In this document: piece after piece, positions 12,701 to 25,224 of the stretch
Layout: each line of letters opens with the position of its first letter
Numbering within the stretch: position 1 is the stretch's first letter
Assembly: GCF_001194135.2 (NCBI RefSeq)
Contig: NC_068993.1
Location: 19,526,207 to 19,590,206 of the forward strand
DNA: 64,000 bases
From: Octopus bimaculoides
Lineage: Eukaryota
Reading direction: 5' to 3'
The notes under the pieces: model-generated
Seen by the model: only the letters and a program-made list of their open reading frames with translations
The model's database searches: none
What the model was told of the DNA's origin: nothing
Position numbers and translations under genes: made by a program

Positions 12701-13581
12701 AAGTAGAGTGTAGAGGAAGTAGATTTGGGAATATATATATAGTGGTGAAAGGATCGAAAAAGAAATGGATCTATTCAAAAGATATATGTATGTATGTATG
12801 TATGTATGCATATATATATATTNNNNNNNNNNNNNNNNNNNNNNNNNNNNNNNNNNNNNNNNNNNNNNNNNNNNNNNNNNNNNNNNNNNNNNNNNNNNNN
12901 NNNNNNNNNNNNNNNNNNNNNNNNNNNNNNNNNNNNNNNNNNNNNNNNNNNNNNNNNNNNNNNNNNNNNNNNNNNNNNNNNNNNNNNNNNNNNNNNNNNN
13001 NNNNNNNNNNNNNNNNNNNNNNNNNNNNNNNNNNNNNNNNNNNNNNNNNNNNNNNNNNNNNNNNNNNNNNNNNNNNNNNNNNNNNNNNNNNNNNNNNNNN
13101 NNNNNNNNNNNNNNNNNNNNNNNNNNNNNNNNNNNNNNNNNNNNNNNNNNNNNNNNNNNNNNNNNNNNNNNNNNNNNNNNNNNNNNNNNNNNNNNNNNNN
13201 NNNNNNNNNNNNNNNNNNNNNNNNNNNNNNNNNNNNNNNNNNNNNNNNNNNNNNNNNNNNNNNNNNNNNNNNNNNNNNNNNNNNNNNNNNNNNNNNNNNN
13301 NNNNNNNNNNNNNNNNNNNNNNNNNNNNNNNNNNNNNNNNNNNNNNNNNNNNNNNNNNNNNNNNNNNNNNNNNNNNNNNNNNNNNNNNNNNNNNNNNNNN
13401 NNNNNNNNNNNNNNNNNNNNNNNNNNNNNNNNNNNNNNNNNNNNNNNNNNNNNNNNNNNNNNNNNNNNNNNNNNNNNNNNNNNNNNNNNNNNNNNNNNNN
13501 NNNNNNNNNNNNNNNNNNNNNNNNNNNNNNNNNNNNNNNNNNNNNNNNNNNNNNNNNNNNNNNNNNNNNNNNNNNNNNNNN

Positions 13582-13615
<34 letters not shown>

Positions 13616-13899
13616 TGTGTGCGTGTGTGTGTGTGTGTGTGTATCATAGCTGAGATTATATCAGAAATAAAGTCTGAAAAACTTATGTGAGAAAAGAGAT
13701 GAAAACTCTAGCAAAGCAATTGAAAAAGTTAGTTGAAACTGTTATCTTTGTATTTTGAAATTTCGGCGTTAAAACCCTTCTTTATTAAACGAGATTAAAG
13801 AAATGTAAAGATATGCCATCACTAGTAAAAGATACTATCTCGTTACCAAGAAATCCAGCGGAAAGAAGTTTGCCACTTTCCTCTATTCTCCTTCAGTAT

Positions 13900-14210
13900 C
13901 TTGGTTTTAACCAAGAAATATTGAATTATACGTTAAGAAGTAAAAGGTGCTGCCTACTACCGTTTTTCACTCCTTACGTTCACGCTTGCGTCTTGCTCGT
14001 ATTCTGCATTGTGAGACAGTATCTCACAGTAATCTATATGTATATACCATTCTGCCTAAACAATAGATTTACAAATACAATATCCCTACATTCACTCTCA
14101 ATTTCCTCTCTTATCTAAACTAACCATCTTCTCACACCGTTTCCGATGATGGGATATAATAAATATCCTGGAAACAGCTATAAGACATATTTATAAATGT
14201 TCTATATTAT
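13900..14210 (+). mobile_element. Possible Penelope-like element 3' end / pseudo-LTR remnant
   Basis: PFCLNNRF-like peptide (compare P.GLN at the GIY-YIG C-terminus), followed by a hammerhead-like motif at 14139-14186. Confidence 0.45.
14139..14186 (+). ncRNA. Minimal type I hammerhead-ribozyme-like motif (variant core)
   Basis: Stem I gttt/agac. Core CCGATGA at 14143-14149. Stem II ggatat-aataa-atatcc with U-G flanks. GAAA at 14171. Near-palindromic stem III acagctat. Triplet ATA instead of GUH. Confidence 0.55.
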
Positions 14211-14402
14211 ACACAGCCTTCGTTTTTATCTCATTACGAAAAGTAAATCCTTATATTCACACTTCACACGCTGATATATGACCTACGTTGGACCCCTTAT
14301 TCGCAAAATCACCGAGCCTGGAGCTTGACTGTGGTCTATCCATAGCACTTACTCAGCATTACTTGAAACCTCTGGGTTTAATTGACACCACTATTGCTCA
14401 TA

Positions 14403-14410
<8 letters not shown>

Positions 14411-14464
<54 letters not shown>
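14411..14464. repeat. (TA)n microsatellite
   Basis: Read directly from the sequence. Confidence 0.95.
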
Positions 14465-14466
<2 letters not shown>

Positions 14467-14547
14467 GCCATGATAGATCGCTAGCCACTACACGTTCTGT
14501 TTGTTGTCTACACCACCTGTCTTCGTTTTTTTTGTGTGAATTCTCCC

Positions 14548-14574
<27 letters not shown>

Positions 14575-14578
<4 letters not shown>

Positions 14579-15433
14579 ATCATAAATATACAGGGATTAG
14601 CAAGAGTTGCTTCTCCAACATACTGAAATTTAGAAATGGCAGTCAAAGAACTACTGATTCCATACAACAATTTTTTTCTCTAACGGATGGCGATATTTAT
14701 GGCGCACACAAAACAAAAAACAGAAGAGAAAAGCAAAAACAAACCTGCCTTTAGTTAATTGAGTACGACGTTTCACGGTTAAGAGTATGAAGTTACTCTA
14801 TTCAGATCTTCAGCCCAATATTCGAATTCATTTGAAAGTGTCTATATAACTCATGGGAATTTTGACCGTGCGAACATCAAAACCACATGAGGAAGGCACT
14901 TACGAAATTTATCAGCTAGTGAGTTCAAAACACTTCACTCCAAAGAATTCCCTGCCCTATATCTGTATTTATATTGATGCCTCTAATTGGATGGCTAAAC
15001 TGTAACCCTTTATACGGGACTGTTTTATGCGGGACTATTTGTGGCGCACATGGAATAGATTCTTTGGAGTGAAGTGTTTTGAACTCACTAGCCGATAAAT
15101 TTCGTAAGTGCCTTCCTCATGTGGTTTTGATGTTCGCACGGTCAAAATTCCCATGAGTTATATAGACACTTTCAAATTTATTCGAATATTGGGCTGAAGA
15201 TCTGAATAGAGTAACTTCATACTCTTAACCGTGAAACGTCGTACTCAGTTAACTAAAGGCAGGTTTGTTTTTGCTTTTCTCTTCTGTCTTTTGTTCTGTG
15301 TGTGCCATAAATATCGCCATCCTTTAGAGAAAAATATTTGTAGTTTGGAATCAGTAGTTCTTTGACTGCTATTTCTAAATTTCAGTATGTTGGAGCAGCA
15401 ACTCCTGCTAATCCCTGTATATTTATGATTATA
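14575..15433. mobile_element. Fold-back element / long inverted repeat (arms ~375 bp, spacer 110 bp)
   Basis: 14575-14948 is the reverse complement of 15059-15433, with about 15 differences by eye (~96%). The inner termini tata-CAGGGATTAGC...GCTAATCCCTG-tata are compatible with a TA-inserting Tc1/mariner-type MITE. Confidence 0.9.
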
Positions 15434-16180
15434 AATGGTTTTACCGATAAAGGTTTTTTCATACTGAACTACTTGGCAAAATTGTTAATTATTAATTTTA
15501 TTACTAATTGACGATTCCCTACCCTATATCTGTATGTATATATANNNNNNNNNNNNNNNNNNNNNNNNNNNNNNNNNNNNNNNNNNNNNNNNNNNNNNNN
15601 NNNNNNNNNNNNNNNNNNNNNNNNNNNNNNNNNNNNNNNNNNNNNNNNNNNNNNNNNNNNNNNNNNNNNNNNNNNNNNNNNNNNNNNNNNNNNNNNNNNN
15701 NNNNNNNNNNNNNNNNNNNNNNNNNNNNNNNNNNNNNNNNNNNNNNNNNNNNNNNNNNNNNNNNNNNNNNNNNNNNNNNNNNNNNNNNNNNNNNNNNNNN
15801 NNNNNNNNNNNNNNNNNNNNNNNNNNNNNNNNNNNNNNNNNNNNNNNNNNNNNNNNNNNNNNNNNNNNNNNNNNNNNNNNNNNNNNNNNNNNNNNNNNNN
15901 NNNNNNNNNNNNNNNNNNNNNNNNNNNNNNNNNNNNNNNNNNNNNNNNNNNNNNNNNNNNNNNNNNNNNNNNNNNNNNNNNNNNNNNNNNNNNNNNNNNN
16001 NNNNNNNNNNNNNNNNNNNNNNNNNNNNNNNNNNNNNNNNNNNNNNNNNNNNNNNNNNNNNNNNNNNNNNNNNNNNNNNNNNNNNNNNNNNNNNNNNNNN
16101 NNNNNNNNNNNNNNNNNNNNNNNNNNNNNNNNNNNNNNNNNNNNNNNNNNNNNNNNNNNNNNNNNNNNNNNNNNNNNNNN

Positions 16181-16235
<55 letters not shown>

Positions 16236-16964
16236 TACGCCGTCCTTTCCGTGTACCACTATGTGTGAGATTCCTAAAAAAACATTTGTTTTTTTTACCT
16301 GAAACACCAATTAACTTCTAGAAACACAACGTGCCATACTTTAAACACATTCTCGTCCCAATTAAGTTTCTTCGTGCATCTACTATGTAGGTGAATACCC
16401 TTAGATATATTCATCAAATTCTATTGTTTTCCATTCTTTTCTTCCTTTTGCTGTACTTATTTTACATATTTATTTTAATGGTCTTGAATTTTATTATAGG
16501 TGTTGTTTTCCTGTGTCTTTTGTCCGGCTGAATAGCTTATTGTTCATGAAAGCTTACTGATACGTTAATCGATTTCTGTGTCGCTATGTATGCATGGATA
16601 TATCCTTGCTTCCATTCCAAAAACACTGCTAATTATTTTCGTCTCTCTTCAGTACTTTAGAATAAAAACGTGTGTATTGCTGTTTTATACCGTATAAAAA
16701 CCTTTAAAATTCATTCCTTATTATGTTTTATATATTAATAGGTTGCACATATATAAGAGAGCTGCTTAATATTAAACTCTATTCACTTTAAATTCTATTA
16801 GATATGAATTCGTGTCTTGGTTTGAATCAATTCACCTTAATTATGACTCTCATGTTCCCAAGAATACTGTTAATTACAATGAATTAAATTGTACTGATTT
16901 GATAACACACTCACACACACACAAAACAAGACCACATACATACACACACTTATCAAACATGCAT

Positions 16965-16967
16965 ATA

Positions 16968-17047
<80 letters not shown>

Positions 17048-17140
17048 CGTGTGCGTGTGTGTGTATGTGTGTGTGTGTGTATGCATACATATATATACAT
17101 ATATACATATATGTATGTATGTATGTATGTATGCATATGC
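16965..17140. repeat. Compound (TA)n/(TG)n/(TATG)n microsatellite
   Basis: Read directly from the sequence. Confidence 0.95.
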
Positions 17141-17424
17141 ATATATAATGTACTGTTCCGTTATTGGTGTGATAAACAAAATGTATTCGATCCAGCGAGA
17201 TATAAATGTTTAATATATGCAGAATTTAAATTCGAGCCACTGATTCAACTGACTGTTCAAGCTTGGCCAACAATCGCGATTTTCGCAGTGTGAAACTATT
17301 AGTAAATCGAATTTACAACCTGTACACATACACTCTCTCTCTCAAACACACACACACACGCACATACCCCTACAAATTCATGCATACTTACACGCACACA
17401 CACATACAGGCATATATATGTATG

Positions 17425-17458
<34 letters not shown>

Positions 17459-17977
17459 TGTATGTGTGTGTATGTATGTGTATATGATGTCGATCTAGCA
17501 AGTATGGTAGTGTTTGTGGTATGATTCATATGGGGCTGAGTTTCAAGCCCTTTTTCCTTACTTCGACCATGCTCCTGAATTTTCCAAAATATTTAGATTG
17601 CAGTTAAAAAACTGCTCAAATCTTTTAAAATATGTTCATTCTAAATCAAGAGAAGGATTCTGATAAGTGGAATATTAAATGAAGCTCTTCATACAGAAAT
17701 TAGAATACGAATCCTTGTTCCTCTTCTTATTTTAGCGTTTGCTCATAAATTACGTTTAGTATTTCTTAAATATACCTCATAAGAGTAAAGACGTCGATTT
17801 TGACAAGAAAATAAATGCCTCTTAGCAATGTGTTGTGTGTTGAAACTTAGCTTTCAATCTGTTGTGATTGAATGAATCCAGCGCATGAAATATTTCTCAT
17901 TCAGCTGGAAGCAATCATTTAATGGATAAGTAACTAAACTACCAACTAATGCCAGGAATATAAACTACAAGAACATA

Positions 17978-18270
17978 TTATAACTCAGATACTTGCCTTA
18001 TGTGCGTATTCAATGTACGATATGATAAATTTTGGAAAAAGACTATTTCGACTGATATCTCCCGAGGCACTTCCTTTACATTAGGAAATAAGAAATATAA
18101 ATGTTTATATGTTGAATTTGTATCATTAAATGCTGCTTCTATCATATCTGACTTTCTTAAGGTCCCAGAATTGATCATTATCGATTTATTTGCACCGAGC
18201 ACAAAGCCAATTTTTATAGATACCATATAGTCAATTTAGTAGAGACCACTATCAATGTACAGTTGTAAAT
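17978..18270 (-). mobile_element. Decayed R4/Dong-like reverse transcriptase fragment (domains 6-7 and thumb)
   Basis: The ORF KIGFVLGANKS...STYKHL...YRTLNTHIRQVSEL resembles DIGM.FGLDKC...TYKYLG...YY.R.RKI..SEL. Confidence 0.5.
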
Positions 18271-21200
18271 ACACATATCTTTAAAATATGCTTTGTTACA
18301 TCTCTCTAGGTTTTGAATTTATATCCCTTCCTGCATCAAACTTGAATTTCTATCACCGTAAAGGAAGCCGTCTGTTAAGCGTTATAGTTACTTGTTAAAT
18401 TATGATCATTTTGACCCGAGCTACATTATTAGATATGCTCTGCTGAAGTGGTTGATATCTCTCTCACTTTATACTTATGCATTAATATAAGAATGTTTCT
18501 ATCACATCTAACTTAAAAGCAGCACAAGAAGACATGTATGGAAATTAACAGGTGTTATTATGAAAACTACGACACATGTTAATCCATAAATATAGACTTA
18601 GAGGATGTAGCAGTTTTAATCGTAACTTCAAAGCTTTCTAAATTTGGTAGAAGGCCAAATATCAACTGAAAGACTTATAGTTAACTCGACTTCATTAGTA
18701 CAGTGGTACATCGATCTCAGAAGAATGAAGGTCAAATTCTATTCACCATTCGTACACGGGATGTAAAGTAACTAAATACTGCTAAGAATTTAGTTCTTGA
18801 CGTTAATATTTCTACCGTAACAGAAATAGAATAGGCTTTTTCATCACATCGTTATTTTAATACATTTGGTTTATCCTACATCAACCTTTCCATAGATGTC
18901 CATCTAGAACACATGGTAGTAGCGAATCTTCTTTTGAATTCTGAATACACCAGGCAAAAAGAAATAATAATAATATATAAATAATCTAATGGATCGTCTT
19001 AATTGAGAATCTATTTATGAATGATTGTTTTGATGAAAGCAATTAAAAAAGGCTATGATATGATTTTAAATAATTTTTTCTTAAACTTATAATATCTGGC
19101 TAGATTTCCATGCACAAAAGATTCATTACATGAATTAGTGTGTATCGATTAATAAAATCTAATTTCGAGACATGTTAATATTTCATCAGTCATCAACAGG
19201 AATAATTGACGAGAAATCTTCACAACTATTGAAACATTGAAAAGGCGATTCTATTTATAGTTTCTGTTTTTATACTTTTATTTTTTCCTTTCTTTTCTTT
19301 TAAAACTTTCATTAATTTCTGCGTATCTATAGTCCGCAAATTTTTATTGCCTTTCATGTGTGGAATTTCATATTAGAGTGATAGATAAAATGTGGTATAT
19401 TCACAAATAATATTTTACAGAAATTTAGTGGCAGCTTCAGAATAATTTATTGTTTGTGTTAAGGGCAGCGCGTGATGATCTAATGCCAGGTCTAGCAAAC
19501 GTAATCGTATATATGGCGCACTACAAAACACATATATGATATATCTGTTTATTTTAAATACAATCTACAATTTGTAAACATTATTAATAGTTGTTTAAAA
19601 ATAGGACATTTATTTTTATTGAAAAAAAAACAGCGCCCAAATTTACCTTATAATAAGTGTGAAGGCTACTGAATTTATATATGAATGGTAAGCATCAGAA
19701 AGGCAAGAGAAGCATCAAATTTAAGGTGGTAAAGTAACTCTAAATGAATTGTACAGATTAAAAGTAAACATCCAGTATTTTTCCTTATAAAGACAGATTT
19801 TTCATATGGTTCAATGGTATTTTCTTCAGCGAAATTTACTCCTATTAACTCATCAACATATATAGCATCCTAACTATAAGTACGGATTATCGAAAACAAT
19901 AATCTTAAAAGAGAAAGACACTAATAAGATTTGAATGATAGGGCATAAAAATCTGTTGTCCCACATTCTACTGTTTGCAAGCAGTAGATATTAAAACATC
20001 ATATTGATTTCATTGCTAAAAAACAAATTATATTTTGATATGTTTTACAGGATCGGTTGAATGTGATTTTATGACATCCATGCATCGTGTAACAGCATTG
20101 AAAATTAGAATATTGCTGCAAGCACCAGGATGTGTAGTCTTTATGTTGTTTTACCTTGAACTTACCTCTAATTTACGATAGTCACATCTGACAATATACA
20201 ATCCTTCTGACCAAGCACAACTACCAAGTTTATATGCATGAATCACACTCATATTAACAGCAGTATATTATTAGTAATCAATCTTTTAATTAATTTTTGC
20301 CTGTATGAAAATCAAATTTAAATTTAATATGCAGTTTTTTGAGATGAAGCTAAATCTTGTAATGTTTTGCGATCTCCGTTACTCTCAAATAAGAGGGGAA
20401 AAAATTACTATTCTAAAGGCTTTACGACTCAATATAATATTCTGGCATTTATTTCTCTAGTGTTTTCCAATGATATCATGAAACATAAAGTTTAATATTA
20501 GCAAAATATTTCTGTAAAGGTGTATAATATTAAAATCTGAGTACTTTCACTGCTGTATAATCAGATGCTCTCAAAATGCAAAGCGTTAAAATTTATTTTA
20601 TTTTCATTACTGCTAATTACTATTTCGTAAAGGGTATGAAATAAATTTATTTTATTAGATATTTAAAGTCCCATTTACTTTTTATTCTTTAAATAACAGG
20701 TCATATATTACTTTCTGTTTCAATTGTCATTTAGCGGGCGGATGTTCTGAAGCCTGTAACTTCTCAGAATAATAATAACTTTTATTTTTAATGTTTTACG
20801 ATGATGTTACATTTACGCATTTTCGGAGGCAGGCTTTATTGGATTAAATCCACCTAGAACACGGACTAAGTAGCACATTACATTTAGTTTCATCTTCTTT
20901 GCATTTCAGCTGACAAATATGTCTGAATATAAAATATTGTTTTAGAAGTATTAAGGAATATTTATATATTGCTTTACATATGCATGTGTAAATGCTAACA
21001 GAAAGAATTCGGGAGCAATAGTGTCTTTGGATATTGCAAAACATATCAAAGAACTATTCTGTGAGCTTATCGGTGTTTTATTGTATTTCGCTGCCTGTGA
21101 CATATGTTTTTGTATTCGACAATTTAATCGGCTCTACTGGCTGAGCTGATTTCGAATAAGTCTTTTGGAGGCTTAATATATAGTCTTATAATGAGTTACA

Positions 21201-21624
21201 GAAATTTGTTTAATGTAAAATCTTAAGTCACATGTAGAGAAGGCGTGTAAATACTTGGCAATGCTCGACCACACACAACGCAATTCAGCTATAATAGCAA
21301 CAGAGGCCTGAATAATGATGGGCGTAAGATCACCTATATTTTAAAGAGTACTGTTGCAGCAAAGTGTTTGTTGTAACATAAGTTGTTGGTAACAGGGTTC
21401 TTGGCAGCATACTCACAGCAGATTTTCTTTTCCATAGTAGACAGCGCTTCTATTTAGAATATTATTATTGGAAAATATTTTCTAGCCTGTCTTATTTGTG
21501 ATGACTTTAGGTGGGAATGTATGTGCGCATGATACTACTTGCAACTGCTATAACCTATTTGGCTTTTACTTTGTCTTTTGCTTTGGAAATATTAGACCAA
21601 TCAATTATTAGAAGGCGGTATCTA

Positions 21625-21690
21625 TATCCGGTTGTTCCGTTCATCGGATTGACTGGAACCCCTGGTCGTAGTAGCCGACAGAGTGCCAGT
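21625..21690 (+). mobile_element. 3' fragment of SINE family C
   Basis: ttgttccgttcatcggattgactggaacccctggtcgtagtagccgacagagtgcc matches the tails at 6400-6445 and 57180-57243. Confidence 0.75.
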
Positions 21691-21959
21691 GAATGTGTGA
21701 GAGATTTATTTGTTCCTAGTTAATCTTCCTAGGGAATCTCTCTCAGTATATCATGCAAAGGTAGATTATGTTTTGTACAAAACAGCTAAAGTTCGATATT
21801 ATATTTTGCAAGTACATATTTTCCCAGTGGTTATATTTTGTCAATTTCTGCTTACCCATTTACCCTGTTTATTTAAATTTGATAAAAATATTATTTTTAT
21901 TTGATAAATTTCGTTTTACTTAGTTGTGAATTGTGAAGTTCCTAGATTTCGTTTCTACA

Positions 21960-23200
21960 TCTCGTTTCAGCAGAAGCTCATTGGTAAATCTCGGCGTCTG
22001 ACCATTAGTAAGTAGGAACTACAATCCTGATTCAGACATTTTTTTGTGTAGCTATAGAAATTCTCTTGCAGAAAGTTAGATAGAAAAGGGACACTTTGTT
22101 GTATTTTACACATATGGTTTGAAAATACTGCCATAAGTTTAAAGTTTAGGCAAGTCGTAGAAAGAGCAAGGAACTTTGCTGTTATGCAAATTGAGTTCAA
22201 ATTTAAAACCACTTTTATGTGACATAGGGAATAAAAATTTCTTTCTTTTTTTTTTTGCATTTCTTAGGCTTTTTGTTAGTAATTTTGGAATTAGATTCGT
22301 ATCAAAGTAAGGTGTCTGAGATCAATTTACTGATGTTCTGAACTTGCTTCAGTTGAACATTTCTCACTCTCTTGTGATTTGAGTGTTGATCTCTAAATTT
22401 AGTAAGGTGTTAGTCTATCGTTGTTGCTGCTGGTGATGACTGTATGAAATTAATCATACTTGTTGACTTCTAGTCACCCATATCTTCCTGCTACTGTCAC
22501 TTGTATTCCACCAACGCTCCTGTCATAATATCAGGAACCTTTTTCTATTCTGTCTATATTAGCTGACTGGCATACTGCCCTCTCTAAACACGCTTTTATT
22601 TCTTTCTAACCATGAAACTCAGTCTTACTCAGTATTTAGCTTGCTATCACTCTCTTTATCCTAATTAGATGCTTTGACAACTACCACATTTTAGATATGT
22701 CGAATATTCCACTTGTACGACAACTATTACTTAAGAGCCATATAACTCTTGAGATCAGGTGTCTGGAAGGAGCTTGTCTATTCTATGCGGAGAACTCTTG
22801 GAAGTATATGTGCTTTAGATTTTGTCCGCGATAGATATTGTACCAAGGTCTTTCTTTTGTATATTTTAGTTCACATCTGTCAAATAGTTAAACCTCATAA
22901 TAATAAACTCGGAAAGGTATTTTAATAGTTGCGTTTCACTTAGAGAAGTTAATGATATAGGACACAGCTTGTAGCTGTTCAAGAAGAATAAGTGTGTGAT
23001 TCTCACCGATCTTGGTGGGTCTGCGTAGACCACTGGCGTAGCATCTTTCTCCTGGACAAACGAATACAAAAAAGAAACCAATAAATCAACTGTCAAAAGT
23101 AACGTATCATCAACTAAAACCTTCTGCATACTACTTTATCATCGGCAGGGCAACACTCCCAAAGGAAAAGATACTTATGTGCAGGGCACTGCATAGCCAG
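21960..23200 (-). mobile_element. Heavily decayed LINE (APE-RT type) remnant
   Basis: The minus-strand peptide TTCLNFKLMA...QSVPFLSNFLQENFYSYTK and an adjacent frame with NGQTPRF resemble RT motifs (FIDF.KAF...G.P..I..LY..T...NG....F). The similarity is weak. Confidence 0.35.
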
Positions 23201-23294
23201 CACGCTGTCTCACATCATAAATTGCAGCTTGACCAAATTGTTTGCCCAGAAGTAATTTCCTAAACAGCTAGCCTTGTGCAAAACTTAGAAATCA

Positions 23295-23690
23295 AGGCGG
23301 CCAACTGGCAGAATCGTTATCATGTCCAGCTGTACGTTCTGAATTCAAATGCTGCCAATGTCAACTTTACTTTTCATATTCGGATTCAATAAAATAAAAT
23401 ACTGATCAGGTGAAGAATTTGATGTAATCAACTAAATCCTCTGCCCCAAAATTGTGACTTCGTGCCAATATTTGCTATCAAAGTTACGAGCTGGCAGAAT
23501 TGTTAATGTGTCTGTCAAAAGTGCTTGGCAGTAATTATTCTGACTACGAGTTTAAAGGTCTCCGAAATTGTCTGTCTTTCTTCATTGGGGTCGATAAAAT
23601 AGGAACCAGGAGAGCACTGGGTTTGATGAAATCGACTTAGCCCCTCTACTAAAAATTGCTGGCCTTGTGACAAAATCTGAAGCCACCATT
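23295..23690 (+). mobile_element. Two tandem decayed SINE family A copies, followed by (TCA)n(TCG)n to 23785
   Basis: The heads aaggcggccaactggcagaatcgtta and acgagctggcagaattgttaa, with tails ...ttcgtgccaata and ...gctggccttgtgacaaaatctgaagcc. Confidence 0.75.
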
Positions 23691-23706
23691 TTTATTGCTA
23701 TCGTCG

Positions 23707-23745
<39 letters not shown>

Positions 23746-23751
23746 ATGTCA

Positions 23752-23783
<32 letters not shown>

Positions 23784-24450
23784 TTTCTGTTAGTGTTGGT
23801 AACGTTGCGTTGTGGCTGGATCGTTGAGGCTGGATCGTTGCTCACTGTGTTTGCTTCGACGGAAAATCGCGAAGGGTTTGGTAAAAGTCTAGAAACGTTT
23901 TATAAACGAAAAAGTTAATATACTACATATACCGTCCCGGATCGACAATACTTATAGTATGTATCGGTAATGTACCTCACAGTTCGGAACGAAAATAAAG
24001 CAGTTAGTATAATAGGTATGTCATGAAATTGAGTATTCATAAGGCTGGAACTTAAACTTCGTTTCAGGATGTATAAATGACTGAAATTACAACATGTCAC
24101 TCTTGAACGGGAGTTACAACTGAGGGCATTGGAGCAACGTTAAATGAAATACTTTGATTAAGAACACAACACAGCACCCAGTCTAGGAAACGAAAGCACT
24201 ATCTTATAATTGTGAGAACAATACGCCTGATCACTGTTATAAGACATTGAAACAAATTTCACAGCAATTTTATTGTCCACGATAGCATCAGATTTACTTT
24301 CACATTCAGGCTAGTTACGTTCTGTGAAAGATTGAAATCCGTTGATTACCACAGTTAGCAGATAAGGAATGACTGCGCTCATGGTTGCTTTAAGTATAGA
24401 TATATACATACGTATAAATATACGCATAAATATGTATATACATGTATGCA

Positions 24451-24513
<63 letters not shown>

Positions 24514-25033
24514 NNNNNNNNNNNNNNNNNNNNNNNNNNNNNNNNNNNNNNNNNNNNNNNNNNNNNNNNNNNNNNNNNNNNNNNNNNNNNNNNNNNNNNN
24601 NNNNNNNNNNNNNNNNNNNNNNNNNNNNNNNNNNNNNNNNNNNNNNNNNNNNNNNNNNNNNNNNNNNNNNNNNTATATAAACGCTTGTGTGTCTAAATGT
24701 ATGTTCTATTACATAAGAAGCAATGCTCTCATTTAAGTGCTCAATGCATCGCATTATACAGACTTGCATGATTTATACAAACATACATACACACATATAT
24801 ACATACATACACACACAAATGCGTACATACACACACAATGCATACATGCGCATATGCATTCCCGTGCCCATGGATACATACATAAACATAATATATATGT
24901 GTGTGAGTTTTTGTGTAGTCAGTGACATGCCAACAGCTTTGTGATGAACAGTTTGAGATATCATGTATAGTGTGTCTTTTCACGAAGTAGCTGCATGGGT
25001 TTGTGTACGTAGCCGCACATGTATGCACACATG

Positions 25034-25096
<63 letters not shown>

Positions 25097-25224
25097 ACTT
25101 AAACAGATATTTATGTATGCATGTGTGCATAATTGTCTTTATATAATTATTTTACTGGTCTAATATTAGTCGATAGTACCATCTACTGTTGTCAGACATT
25201 TGCAATTCTTTTCTCTGATATGTA

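Noticed and set aside
19472-19560. C/D snoRNA-like box C (GTGATGA)
   Set aside because: There is no CTGA box D at a suitable distance and no terminal stem.
21511-21723. 70-aa ORF with a hydrophobic N-terminus and RRR
   Set aside because: It starts at GTG, its second half is a SINE tail, and no family is recognisable.
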